Shown piece after piece: positions 62,948-64,000 of a stretch of DNA of 64,000 bases (position 1 is the first letter of the stretch; every line of letters begins with the position of its first letter). The position numbers and the translations under genes are program-made. The notes beneath the pieces are model-generated. The model searched no databases, had not been told where the DNA came from, and saw nothing but the letters and a program-made list of their open reading frames with translations. This stretch comes from Balanoglossus misakiensis. Its lineage: Eukaryota; Animalia; Hemichordata. The stretch spans positions 15,422,998-15,486,997 of the forward strand of contig CM082578.2 in assembly GCA_040954595.2 (NCBI GenBank), read 5' to 3'.

Positions 62948-64000
62948 ACCCGTGTCAGGAATGAAGAACTCAACGGGCCTCAGTGGATACCACTTCCCGG
63001 GAGTGGTTGTTCAGCTACTGTACTGTAAACTGCAATGGCTTTTGTGAACCTGATACTACATGTAAATCTCTCCGCAGTCTGGAGTTTTAATTATATAATT
63101 GTACATTCGATTTGGTGTGTTAATGCTTTAATCAATGGACTGTTACCTGAGGCACACCTTTTTACTGGGCAGATTATGTGCAGTGGGTATTACTTGGGTC
63201 ATTTCCCATTGAGAGTGGCAAAACTAAACCAATTAAAGCAGACTGTTTGAGCCCTTGCAATACATGTGCCTTAGATGACGTACACGCAGCTAATTTTACT
63301 AAGAGATTCAATATTTTCTGAACTTTTATCTGCAAGAATCCTCACTATGTACATGTACAGTGTCACTATGGGTTGATTACTAGTATTTGTCATAGCAACA
63401 GCCAACACTATCTGCAGACACCCTAAATGAGCTCTCCAATACTTGTCTAGAACAACATTTTTTTCCTTCAGTGTGTATCCAACAAATAGTTTAGGCTATG
63501 TGGGACAAAAAACAAACAATGTTATCAGAAAGTTCCAGCATACTGCCCACAAAACTATGAACACAAACAAATTTACTCAAACAAGTGTTTTCAAGATTTT
63601 CCTCAAGTACATGTCAATGTTTTGAGTGTTTACATTAATTTTGCCATGTTATTTATCGTCTGTACACTTTTCAAATATTTTTAAGATCGCATGAAGCACA
63701 CACTTGGCTCCTGATTTGTAGTGCAAATATTTGCCAGTGTTGTACACCTTTCTTGTTGGTCAGTGCTTGAGTTAGGGACTTCAGTGTACACAGTATTGAT
63801 TTCAGTTGTTGACACAAGGACATCAAACATGCGGACAGATTCACTTTTAAATCATTTCACTAGACACTCAAATACTCTTTTAGTTCACTTGATCCATAAT
63901 TTGAAATGGGGGTCATTGTCTGGTTGCACTTGTCAGTGTTCATGTAAGCACTTAAATCAGAGAAAGTCATTTCAATTCATAGTACAAGTCTGTGTAAGTG

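Overview
Gene-dense, intron-rich animal genomic DNA with GT-AG introns and AT-rich intergenic sequence. An invertebrate deuterostome such as a hemichordate is a plausible source, but that is inference. Spliced models were rebuilt by eye. In order: a type II transmembrane short-chain (spongin/C4-like) collagen (+), METAP2 (-), an ST6GalNAc1/2-like sialyltransferase (+), nischarin (-), IQCA1/DRC11 (-), a double-BTB kelch gene (+), CENP-A (+), two tandem SSUH2 paralogs (+), AMT (-), an SLC16/MCT transporter (-), a small orphan ORF (+), an IHO1/CCDC36-like meiotic gene (-) and the 5' part of an HDNR-motif (TEX36-like) gene (+). Non-coding highlights are a perfect 117-bp palindromic insertion with a 9-bp target-site duplication in CENP-A intron 1, two other foldback elements, and (GAT)n tracts at the same 3' splice site in both SSUH2 paralogs. 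RFX X-box plus forkhead modules recur at IQCA1, both SSUH2 copies and the HDNR gene. No CRISPR array, rRNA, tRNA or autonomous transposon was seen. No wholly new system can be proven from the sequence. The best leads are the orphan ORF that faces IHO1 tail-to-tail and shares a motif with its putative last exon, the SSUH2 regulatory and splice features, and the membrane-anchored furin-cleavable short-chain collagen.
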